Assembly: GCA_050084515.1 (NCBI GenBank)
Contig: CM114271.1
Coordinates: 9,734,001 to 9,798,000 of the forward strand
Reading direction: 5' to 3'
Origin: Blasia pusilla
Lineage: Eukaryota
DNA: 64,000 nt
Positions 13,229 to 23,572 of this stretch are shown here, in pieces. Below the pieces are notes generated by a model. That model was not told the DNA's origin, ran no database searches, and saw only the letters and a program-made list of their open reading frames with translations. The position numbers and the translations under genes are program-made. Positions within the stretch are counted from its first letter, which is position 1, and every line of letters begins with the position of its first letter.

Positions 13229-16094
13229 ACTTGGGAGCTTCACTCCCAAGTCCATTAGGACTCCTGCGTCAGCTTCTCCTGGGCCTCGTTCGGCGAATGA
13301 AATTAGGCAGTAGGAAATCGAGGAGCGGGAAAGGGAAGCGGAGATGCACAACCAAGTGCTTCGGCGAGACGTGTTCAAGCGGCGCTAGATAAAGCGTAAC
13401 GAAGAGGCCGAGACGTCGCAGGCCTTGAAGAAAAGGATCGCCGACGAAAAGAGAGAAAAGAAGCGTCTGGACGCGTCGGTGAGGAGGGCAGAATTGGCTA
13501 AAGTGAGGCGGGAAAAAGGGATAGCCATTGACGATAGCCCAGCTCGTCCAACCGCAAGTGTTGAGATGCGGGAAATGTCCCCCACGAAGTCCGGGGACAC
13601 AATCAACATAGTGGAATCAACACCAGTTCAAATCGATGACGACGAGGTCATGAGGACCGCCAGCGTGGAGATGGTGGATATGGCGGAAGAAGCCGGAGAG
13701 CGGTCATTCTCGACTCCAAGCCCGGCGGAGGACATCGACCTCTATCGGATCGACGAGTTCCCAGTCGATTTGCCACCCCTATCTCGACAAGTTAGTCGTG
13801 GTCAAGAAACCGACTCCATTTTCGAGCGGGTAAGAGAGGTTCTGGGTTTTCTTAATTATGTGAATTGCAATTCATTGGGATTTCAGTGTAGCTTATTCCT
13901 CTTGTCCCGGATCTGACAGGTGGTAAAGCAGATGGCACTCATGGAGGGCCACAACGCCCCGAGGATTCCACTCTGCCGATTAAGGACAATGGAATACGTC
14001 TGCGAAATACAATCCGACGAGGACATCGCAAAGCTAAAACAATCGGCGGTGACAACATCCTACGTGAACAGTTTTCCTCCCTTCTATGTTCAACCTTACG
14101 ACGAGCATGGAACCCAAGCTCTGGTTACCGAGGAGGACTTGGAAAATCTCGACACATTCTGGAGGATGCGAAACCAGGACTTCAGAAGGCAAGTTGAGGG
14201 CACGGAATTCAGCTAGATGAGGAATCTGCATTTCTTCATCTGGGATGGAAATCACAGGTTCATGGCGTGGACCAAGTTTGCGGAGGAGCGCCCAAACTCA
14301 TTGGAGGCACATTTCTGCGTGAAGGCAGTGGTCCTTCACCCATACCCTCATCACATGGCGACGGTGGAGATGGAAATGCATGCCATGAACACGTAAGTAT
14401 CTTTAACACTTTCGCAACTCGTTGGACTCCGACGAGTTGCTCGATTGATGAATGGGTTAGGTTTGTTTAGGCAGAAAGCAACTCGTCGGACTCCGACGGG
14501 TTGCTAGACAACACGGTTTTCCGGATGTCTTTTTAAGATTGACACTCGTCGGACTCCGACGACTTGTTTGATGGAACATAAATTTAACTAGTTTTTGGCC
14601 CAAAGCAACCCGTCGGAGTCCGACGGGTTGCATTGGGGCAAAAACCTTCTAAACCTGCAGTCACTCGAGCAACTTGTCGGAGTCCGACGAGTTGCATTCT
14701 TAAAAAAACAACCTCACAAGGTTGCCTATCGAGCAACCCGTCGGACTCCGACGGTTTGCTTTGGGCCAACAACTAGTTAAATCTATGTTCAATCATACAA
14801 GTCGTCGGAGTCCGATGAGTTGCAATCTTAAAAAAACATCCAAAAAAGCGTGCAGTCCAGCAACCCGTCGGAGTCCGACGAGTTGCTTACCTGGCATTAG
14901 CAAATCTGAATGCAACCCGTCGGACTCCGACGGGTTGCATCATTTAGGTTGTTGCTAGAATCCAACCCTGAGCTGTGACGACCCGTCGGAGTCCGACGGG
15001 TTGCAGGAACCCATGTAATTTCCTGACGGGTTGAGTTTGGATGTGTAGGATTGTATCGGAGGGGAATGTCACCCACCATTGGATCCAGGACTGCGATCGG
15101 GTGAGGAAGGTGCTTACGACGCACCCGCGAGAGTACAAGGGGTTCTTGGGCGATGCCCTCGTCAATCAGATGCTTGCAAAGGGTGCTCAAATTAAGGAGA
15201 AAAGTTGGGCAAACAAGTTTATTTCTCAAGATGCAACCGTAACCATCCTTTGCTGGTCGAAGATACAGGCCGCGAAGAAAAGCACTACACTGGAGCTGGA
15301 GCGGAGGGAGAAGGTATCTGCGTCTGAGTGCGCCAAATTCATCCAAGCTGTTGTATCTACTGCAACGAAATACACGGCGAGCAAGATGCAGCGATACATC
15401 AGCATTCTCAACCCCGAACTTGGTCCGGAGTTCTACAAGGAGCTCAAGGCGATTATCACGCGTCAACGGAAGAGGGATGAAGATCCGCATGGTCGGATTG
15501 GGGAGAAAGTGTCGCTGGATCGCGTGCATCGTTTTGCGTTATCCGGGATTAGCGAGTTCAGGAGGATACGACTGATGAAAATCAGTCTCGAGGGCTCAGA
15601 GGCCCAGAAGAGGGCGGCACACCATCCTCCGGGTGTGTCCGATCCAGTGATCTCGCATTGGCTACGCGAATGGTCGTTCTGGGACGCGTTGCGGGTAATC
15701 GGGAAGTCCGTGCTGGACGGTCTGCAAGCGGAGCTCAGAAGATTAGAGCCCATTCCGCCGGAAGCAAACCTTGAAAGTTCTGGAGATTACGAGGTTTGGC
15801 TCAACGACATCCGGGACAAGCCAACCAAGAACCCAGGATTCAAGACCATGTTCAAGGTTTGCGTCCTCCCTCAGGCAGTAGAGGGTAGAGCTTGACGAAG
15901 AAGTAGAGGGTAACAAACGGGATCAAGCGAAGAAGAAGCGAGATCTACAGGAGCAGACGGCCGATAGTGTTCGACTAAAAGCTGCCCAACGGATGGTATT
16001 CAGGTACCTCATCCAGTGTAAGAATGCAGGTACGTGGGGAAAATTACCGGCAGCCTTGAAATTGTGGGCTTCGCCGCCGGATGCAGAGACATTC
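13229..16094 (+). pseudogene. Gene B exons 1-3 (introns 13830-13919 and 14393-15048) with ParB/Srx-like motif
   Basis: TGGGATGGAAATCACAGG (WDGNHR) at 14241-14258; GT-AG introns restore the frame (AC|G ATT GTA); in-frame stops; cut by LTR at 16095. Confidence 0.85.
14414..15004. repeat. Phased palindrome array in gene B intron 2 (63-64 bp period)
   Basis: Starts at 14414, 14478, 14541, 14605, 14669, 14733, 14797, 14860, then two more. Confidence 0.95.
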
Positions 16095-17118
16095 TGTCGT
16101 GCGCCTACTCTCCTTGAACGTTAATCTTGTTTGTTGCGGAAGCGTGCGTTCAGTAAGTCACGCTCTCAACGCTGATCTGCATCCAAACACGCACGCCGGT
16201 TAGTCGGGTCTTGGATCAATCAGCGGGATTACTTTCCGAGTTCTCGTCTCGGACTCTCTCTTCAAGCTCAACCTTCCTAGTTTCGCGGTTTCCAACACGG
16301 GCAAGTCTCAAAGACTTGGGATGAGACTTTTCAGTCGGTTCGGGGAACTGAAACGGCGTTTCGCGCCTAGCGGTTCCAACTGTCCGATGAACATCCAATG
16401 AGTTCCTCACCAAGACTCACACGAAGTGAATCTCGGTTGGAATCCAAGTGTGGCGTACAAAGTCCACTCCCTTGGATCAGGTTTGGCCGGGTTTCGCGCC
16501 AAACTCCCGTTTCATCCCGCCTCAAACGCCGTTTGGCGCCCAAAGTGAGGTTTCGTTTCCCGAGACATCTCAGAGAAGGTACTCCCCTTACTAGTACTTC
16601 TGGGGATCTCCGGGGGCCCCCTACATTTAGGGAAAGACACCCGGGCCCCTCCAATTGGCCCTCAACCCGATTGCTCTCTGAATCGTTTTCGGCCAATATG
16701 TCAGCCTGTACTTATGTGTTTGCTAAGATCTTTGGTGCGTTGGAAGCGTCTCAAGATCAGCTTTCCAACGCGCCCTTACTTGTCCCGAACGCATCTCGGA
16801 GCTCAACGTTATGGTCCTAAACACAGTCAGATTCTCCCAAACGCTAGCCGTGTTCCAAACTGGTTCTCACCTCTTTGGCAACCAACCTCCAAGACTCAAC
16901 TCATCTCAAGTCTCGGCTCGCGTTTGGTCTAGGTTTCCTGGTCGCAACCACTAACGCATGAAACGCACAACTCTGTTCCACGTTTCGTCTCTTAGACTTT
17001 TCCAAGAGACTCTTCCAAACGCCTCTCCAAAGCGCAAACCTCGCGGCGTGAGTTCCTTTGAGTTCTGATGTTTCGCTTGGCGCGTATTTGGTGTTGTTTG
17101 GTTATGAGGGTCGCGACA
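16095..17118 (-). repeat. Chromovirus 3' LTR (~1024 bp)
   Basis: TG...CA termini; reverse-complement match to solo LTR 29247-30271. Confidence 0.95.
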
Positions 17119-17808
17119 CTCACTCCTCCTTAGAAGGTTGATGTCCTCATCAACGCAAACCTTATTGATGTTAAGTTCTGGGAAGCCGACCCCTTAACAC
17201 GTAATCGCGTTCGTAGCTAACCCGCAATTCCTCTTTTTGGCTTAAGTCTTAGGTTTGTCGCTTAAAGACTTAGACTTATTAGCTTCGCTTTCGATGAGCT
17301 TAGACTAGTTCTGCCAAACGAATCTAACTATCAAAATAAGCTCACTAAGTCTGCAACCTAACACTTCACTCACTATTTGTAAACAACCGCCTGTCTACCT
17401 AGCCAACTCTTACTACTTTTGGGTCACCTGTATTCCACCTAGGCGCGTCACTAAGTTCAGTCATGAAACATGAATGAGATCACCACAAACCCCAAGACAG
17501 ACTCATCTGCCCCGCCGACGTTAGGGCGAGCCCAAATGCTAGTACTTCAACACTTGGTCCTGATCTAGATGCCTTATCTGAATACAAGCTCTCACCTCAA
17601 ATACTCATTGTTTGGTCTCCTTGACTTACATCCTAAGCATATGAAGAACTACTCATTGCATTGCACAAACCAAACTCAAAATTACAATACAAGCATCGAA
17701 TCTCCGAATCCATGTCTTCTTTATTGCAACAACTAAACCTTTCTAGTTACAACGGGTTATCGGCCCAAGCTTTCCGGTCACAAGTTATGTCCATTGCTTC
17801 ACCATGTA

Positions 17809-19087
17809 CTAACGCACGTGCTTTGCTTGCATCCATCTGAAGTCACGCAATGCTTCTTGCGCATGTTCTAGATCCGCCTCCGCAATCCAAGTCGCCTCTT
17901 TCACATGATAGCCTTTCCACTTGACCAAGTACTCGACTTGGTGGCCCTACGCCTGGAACGCAGAATAGTCTCAACCTCAAACTCTGGTTCCTCATTTCTG
18001 ATGACCGGTTGTGGTCTCAACATCCTCCTTCGCTCCGGACGCACATTGTCTTGAAGATACTTCTTCAATAATGACACATGGAAAGTCGGGTGAATCTTGA
18101 ACTCGTTTGGCGGCTCCAACGTGTACACATCCTCAAACGGCCTTGCCTTGATCACATACGGTCCAAAGATACTTGGGCGACAATTTATAAACAATTCTTT
18201 CGGAAGAGTGAGATTCTTAACACTCAACCACTGTTCCCCAACTTGAAACTCACATGGCGCCGACTTTTGTTAGCATGCTTTACGCATACCTTAGTTGAGC
18301 CTTGGCGAGACTTTTCTCTCGCTTCGCTCTTGTCGTTCCTACATTTCCACTAACAAACATTCCGCCGTTGCTTGACGAGTGTGTGTCGATGTATTGCCCT
18401 TCGAAAGAGCTAAGTCAAGAGGCCCTTGTGGTTCTCTTTGATACGCTGAAGAAACAGAGATTCTCGGTTGCGAGAATGCTTAGTCGAGTTGTAACAATAC
18501 TCAGCCATACTTAACCACTTGGCCCAATCTCTTTGGTCCGCACTCACGTAATTCCGTAAGTATTGGTTTACGACCGAGTTTTTTTTTCCGTTTGCCCATC
18601 CGTTTGAGGATGGAAGGCCGATACTAAAGCCGAGTTTGGTCGGAACCTCCTGAATAGATGTTTCAAAAGGCACCGTAAACTTCGGATCCCGATCGGACAC
18701 AATGCTCCTAGGCAATCCCGGCGCACGCCACCAACCATCCAGGAATAGTCGGAAGTCGCAGAGGGTCGCGCGACTCTCTCGTCGGCACAAACCTCCCCAA
18801 CTTGCTAAACCGATCAACTATCACAAGTATAGCGTTGTATCCTCGATTCGAAGACTCGTAATGAAATCCATGCTAATGCTTTGCAAGGGTCCCTCGGGAT
18901 TGGCAAAGGATGAAGTAAACCTTGTTTCTTCGCATAAGACACGCGGTTCGCTGGCGCAGTCACACATGTTTTCACATATTGAGCAACATCTTCCTTCATG
19001 TTGGGCGGAAGAACCTCTTAGACAAAACAAAGCAAGAGTGGATTTCTCCCCTTTGTGTCCCGCCAAAGGTCCATCATGACATTCCAC
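17809..19087 (-). pseudogene. pol: Chromovirus integrase plus chromodomain, heavily frameshifted
   Basis: HDGPLAGH, SISMDFIT, SIVSDRDPKF, GPY, IHPTFHVSLLK, EFEVETIL...EYLVKWKGY...ATW. Confidence 0.9.
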
Positions 19088-19090
19088 AAA

Positions 19091-20759
19091 CGCGGAGGCG
19101 GAATCGTCCGGACGAGCAGGGAGAGAGGGTCAGACCAGGTCCTCGGCGAAGAAAATGCCACCAGAATCCGAGGTCATAGAAACCCCGACAAGCCGTCCCA
19201 GACTAGGAGAAGCGGAAGCGAGAGGTGCCTGAGTTTTCCCAAGGAGAATACAGACCCATCATCCTTGGGAAGACACAGACAAACAACGACCGGACAAGCG
19301 TCCTCCTTCGATTCACCTCTTTCTTTGGATAAGTGCCGACTTCACTTCTCAGCGTCGACAATTGCCATCGAAAAATTGACAACGCTGGGACGGAAGCTCC
19401 AACGAAACGGGCACGCTGCCTGGACGGTGAATGGAGTGGTGGAAGAGGTTGCGGTGGATCTCTTGATTGCCGATCTGCCCTCGGGGTTGCGACTTTGGGG
19501 CGAAAATCCGCGGACGAGGTACCCGAGTGGAATCTGCCGCTCACTTATGACCAGATTGCACTTTTGTTCTCCTTGCGAGATGCCTATCCGAGTGTGAGGG
19601 CTGCTTCTTGGTGTTGGACTGGAGGGAGCGGGCGAGCTCTTCAACCTCCAGTGCGTCAAGAGGTTGCTAAAGTGGAGGACGGCACAATCATGGATCATCA
19701 AAAACGAGTACCCACTCCGATCCGCAACGAGTCAGATTCGGGTAAGGCTCAATTCCTGTACAATAATTTCAATTATCTTATAATGATGTGTAGAATGAGA
19801 GTCAGTCTGGGTTTTTTCTGTCCGTGAGCAACCCGTCGGAAGGCGACGGGTTGCTGGCTTAGAGCAGCCCATGCTCGGATGAGAGCAACCCGTCGGTTTC
19901 CGACGGGTTGCATCTTTCCCACATACAGAGGAAAAACCGCGGTGTACCTGCAACCCGTCGGAACTCGACGGATTGCAGTTGATTTTGGTTTTTGGATGCA
20001 ACCCGTCTAATAGCGACGGGTTGCTCTCAGGCGAGCATGGGCTGGTCTAGGCCAGCAACCCGTCGCCTTCCGACGGGTTGCATCTGAAAACCAAAATCAA
20101 CTTGGAAAACCCAAAAGCAACTGCAACCCGTCAGGTTCTGACGGGTGGGTCCGGGACAAAACAACCCGTCGGACTCCGACAAGTTGATCCAAAGTCAGTT
20201 ATTGAAAATCTTCTCAAGACGACTTCTTTAGTTTCTGACATTGTTTCGTGCTGATTTACAGATGGACCACTCCTACGTGTACTGCTTCGTTTGGCCCGAG
20301 CACAATTTCCAGGATCTTGTGGATCCATGCTCAGATGGATACAGCTTAGATAGTTTGTACAATTCTCCCCCGGGAATTTACATGCAAGACAGTACCCCGC
20401 TTTTGGGAGGAAGGGAAAAGTCGCCAGCCCTGATGCAAACGCTCTTCGAGCTCTGCTCAAGGCCGGGTGACTTGGTGTTCGACTTAGTGGGCCTTTCAGG
20501 GGCGAGTATCAGAGGCGCCTGGCAGAGTGGCAAGAACATTCTCTGTCTTGAGGGAAGGCAAGAACTGTTTGACCTTTGCAAGGAGGCAAAGGCAGAATAC
20601 GAAAGGCTCGTTGGGGCGTACAACTCTCCACCGAAGCCGAGAGCTCCGGTTCCAGAGCCACCCTTGGTAGTGACTCCATCGTCACTTCCAACGATTCCCA
20701 AAATCGGGAGGGCAAGGCCGAAAGTGATTTTGCAAGAGCTCTCGGACGATGACGAGTGA
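19091..20759 (+). pseudogene. Gene B 3' part: beta-class N4/N6 DNA methyltransferase-like domain; intron 19742-20261
   Basis: Start matches gene B of other copies (63965-64000; 46245-46300 reversed); VDLLIADLPSG at 19454-19486; EKSPALMQTLFELCSRPGDLVFDLVGLSGASIRGAWQSGKNILCLE in the last exon 20262-20759; GTAAGG...TTACAG phase-0 intron; several frameshifts in 19091-19741. Confidence 0.75.
19828..20187. repeat. Palindrome cluster in the methyltransferase-domain intron
   Basis: Seven copies at 19828, 19885, 19950, 19998, 20055, 20123, 20161. Confidence 0.9.
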
Positions 20760-21234
20760 GTCCAAAGAACTCAACGACCCAGCTTGACTGCAGCGTTTGG
20801 AGTAGGGACATTTTTGATAATTTGGCAAAAGATTTCATAGAATAGATCAAATGTACAGTTCCGAGCTTTTTTCGGATGATATAAAGCAGAAGATTTGTTC
20901 GATCGATGGTGGTGCTTGTAAATGTTTGGTGATCATTTTGTCTTTTCGAATGTGATCGTCTATGTACTCCACGGTCTTCTACTTTGCAACCCGTCGGATT
21001 TCTCCTGCTTGCAATTTTCACTTTATGACCACTACAACCCGTCGGATTTCTCCTCCTTGCAACTTTTCGCTTTTTGACCACTGGACCCTTTTTACCACCT
21101 CCAGGCAACCTGTCTGATTCCGACAGGTTGCCTGATCGGACCCTTTTGGATCAGGCAGTCTGGCAGGCTTCTTCCCTTGGCACCTTCCCCTCAACTGGTA
21201 AAGGCAGGCGTAGGCTTCTTTTCTTCTCTCAGAC

Positions 21235-21555
21235 GTGTTGGATTCCTTCTACCTGTGCGGTTTCCATAGTGGTATTACCGGGGACGGAGGAGATATTGAT
21301 ACTGGATGGGTGTCACATTGCAAAGCGTACAAGGTATACTGCCGAGGAAGGCGGTGGGACTCGAGACAGGTTACATGGGACCGTTATGGTGTACCTAGGG
21401 GGGGGCCAAGGCTCTCGAATTCGCCAACATTTTCGATCCCCGTCTACAACCGGCCAGAGGAGCCACTTGAATCCCAAGACATTCCTTTGGTATTGTCACC
21501 GAGGAGAGTTAGGAGTAAATTTGTAGATGACGAGGCTGAAGAAATCATAGACTAG
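21235..21555 (+). CDS. Possible third element gene or terminal exon, unknown function, acidic C-terminus VRSKFVDDEAEEIID
   Basis: Preceded by a pyrimidine tract and CAG at ~21230; C-terminus and stop position conserved in the diverged copy at 54902-55020 (-). Confidence 0.4.
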   Translation: MLDSFYLCGFHSGITGDGGDIDTGWVSHCKAYKVYCRGRRWDSRQVTWDRYGVPRGGPRLSNSPTFSIPVYNRPEEPLESQDIPLVLSPRRVRSKFVDDEAEEIID

Positions 21556-21660
21556 GTTCAATGTACATTTGTGAGGTTCCTTCGGAGGTAATAAAGGACG
21601 AGATGTTTTGAACCCATAATGGTGTTTGTAAAAGTTTTCTGGAATATGTTTTTGGACTTG

Positions 21661-22310
21661 TGGAGGTGGTGCAAGAGAAAGGCCCAGCAGCAGGTTGTCC
21701 AAGAACAAGTCAAGAAGATTGTACAAGGTGATAATGCAGCCAAGTCACTCCATTGACCTCAAGCCTAGAGGAGACAAGGGAGATGGTGTAGGCACTAGGG
21801 AGTCTCCAGGGTATCCAATGAAGGAGATAGAGTGCTTGATTGCTGTTGTAGAGGAGGGTTTGAACCAAGGGGGTGGATCTGATTGTTAGGGCCAAGAAAT
21901 GAAGAATAAGGGGCTAAGAAGAGGTCAATGGAGGCTGAGCTCAAATGCTTGGACTCTTGTGGGCTAGAAGATTCCTCATGGAAGCCTAGAGGACCTCATT
22001 TGAAGGCCATAAAGCTTGAGAATCCAAGGGAGAGATCTATGGAGTTGAGAGGATCCAAGGAGTGATTTCTGGAAGATTTGTGCAGGTGGAGCTAAGTGGA
22101 GGTGTGAACTGAGGGCGGGGCTCGAACCAGATTGAGAAGAAGCAAGCATGGGAAGAATATAGAGGTAGATCTCACCTTCAAGCATGTCCAAGAGACAGGT
22201 TGAGCCTATGCCATCAATATTGCTCAAGAGGCTTTAGTTAGGGCAGGTTCAGAAGTAGATGAGGTAGAAATTTCACGCAGTAGATGCCTTGGAGTAGATG
22301 CTTAGGGTTG
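21661..22310 (+). mobile_element. Fragment of LTR-like sequence of gypsy family C
   Basis: 21935-22307 resembles 44505-44862. Confidence 0.7.
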
Positions 22311-22369
22311 GCATCCGGGTGGTCCTCCAACAAAAATACCAAGGGCATTGCTTTTGGTTGACCAAGATG

Positions 22370-22615
22370 AGGAGATGTTAGGAAACTTAGGCTCACATGG
22401 AGAGTGATGGAAAAATGTTTGTAGTGGTCTTATGATGTCTACTTTTTTTTCGCCCCAAGGAAAAAGGAGGTTTTTTTAGGGCCAAATGTGGACCACTACA
22501 TACTCTCTTCTAAAGATTTCATGGATTTGAAAGCAAACAAAAATTTCAAATATGTCATAAAGTTTTGAAGAGAGGAGGCAGATTTGGCCTTTTTTTTTGA
22601 AGAGAGACTCTCCTC
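22370..22615 (-). repeat. Dispersed AT-rich repeat, probably a subterminal part of the MULE-like family
   Basis: Reverse complement of 52900-53145; end also resembles 54375-54400. Confidence 0.6.
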
Positions 22616-23049
22616 TTCTTTTTGGGTCTGCCGAGTGAAGAATGAATTAGGCGAACCTTTCTCATCAATGGAATAATCAACATAGAGTTGTATGGAATCT
22701 GTTTGACAGAGAGTAACCTGCCCAGATGGATTAAGTTCCGAAAGTAGGAGAAGCCAACTTTATTCTTGAGGTCTCTGTGAGGTTTCCGAGATGTCGAGAG
22801 AACAAATTGCCCTGAGCGTACTTTAAATTCCACTCGAGAGAATTGAAGAAGAAAACATAGGTACTAAAAAGGATCGGAAGATATTACTGGAATACTACAT
22901 TTGAATTACATAATCAATCACACTACTTTTACAACATAATAATCACTTTATACTCTCTTTTCATCCAACAATGATCCTCTTGGGGATCGAACTCTACAAT
23001 TGACTATAAATAAGAAACACTTAGACATTACATATAGTCGAAGACTTTT

Positions 23050-23067
23050 TGGCGCCACTGCCGGGGA
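23050..23067 (+). other. Primer binding site complementary to the tRNA-Asp 3' end
   Basis: TGGCGCCACTGCCGGGGA versus the Athila-type TGGCGCCGTTGCCGGGGA. Confidence 0.8.
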
Positions 23068-23572
23068 TCATATCCTTGGCTGAGAAGGGAGAGAAAGACC
23101 CACGGGGAAGCAGGGAGCGGAGAAAGAAGCTTCGCCCCTAGACGACCCCACATTCTAGTTCTTACTAATGACCATCGGCTAGCTCTAGCGACCCCCGTAA
23201 GACAATGTATGCTTGAAGATAACAATACATTTGCTGCATTGGTGCTAGAGAAGATAGACCAACTAATTAGAATGGTCAAAGAACCAGTCGCCGAATGGTG
23301 CTTCGCCCATGGACGATAGTTGTACTTGGTGAAAATCCGTTACTTCTGTTTATGGGAGGAAAACCTGGCAAGAAGCGTAGGAGCACCAGGCACCCTCCTG
23401 TAGATGTAAAAAGAATCAGTAGTTAACCTCCCTCCATGGACCCTTACCCTATCGCCACCGTGGGGGTGAACGCAAGTTGCCAAATCCCACAAGAGACTTA
23501 TGGAAGGCTCTCAGCCCTCTTCGCGAGAGCAAATGAGTTGATCGGGTTGAAGCAGCGAGAATAAAGAACGGC

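Larger units (their letters stand above)
16095..19087 (-). mobile_element. Ty3/gypsy chromovirus, 3' portion (integrase, chromodomain, PPT, 3' LTR)
   Basis: LTR 16095-17118 with TGTCG...CGACA ends; PPT (AAGGAGGAGTGAG on the minus strand) at 17119-17131; integrase motifs; chromodomain. Confidence 0.92.
9187..21660. mobile_element. MULE-like element copy 2, with internal deletions and a chromovirus insertion; the only copy that retains the 3' end of gene B
   Basis: Starts GAGGTGCGGTAAG as copy E does at 55031; deletions at ~12648 (GCM-like domain) and ~13228 (promoter); interrupted at 16095-19087; the part right of the insertion could come from another copy. Confidence 0.8.

Noticed and set aside
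14414-14888. CRISPR array
   Set aside because: Repeat and spacer sizes fit, but spacers are homologous to each other, the array sits in a spliceosomal intron of a eukaryotic transposon, and no cas genes are present
18200-19741. Programmed frameshifting
   Set aside because: Dense single-base indels affect both the chromovirus and gene B; decay or sequencing error is simpler
19091-20759. Bacterial or prophage contamination, or a restriction-modification system
   Set aside because: The methylase-like domain is split by a GT-AG intron, continuous with gene B and embedded among plant-type LTR elements; no endonuclease partner seen
23050-23067. tRNA-Asp gene
   Set aside because: Only 18 nt complementary to the tRNA 3' end; it is a primer binding site
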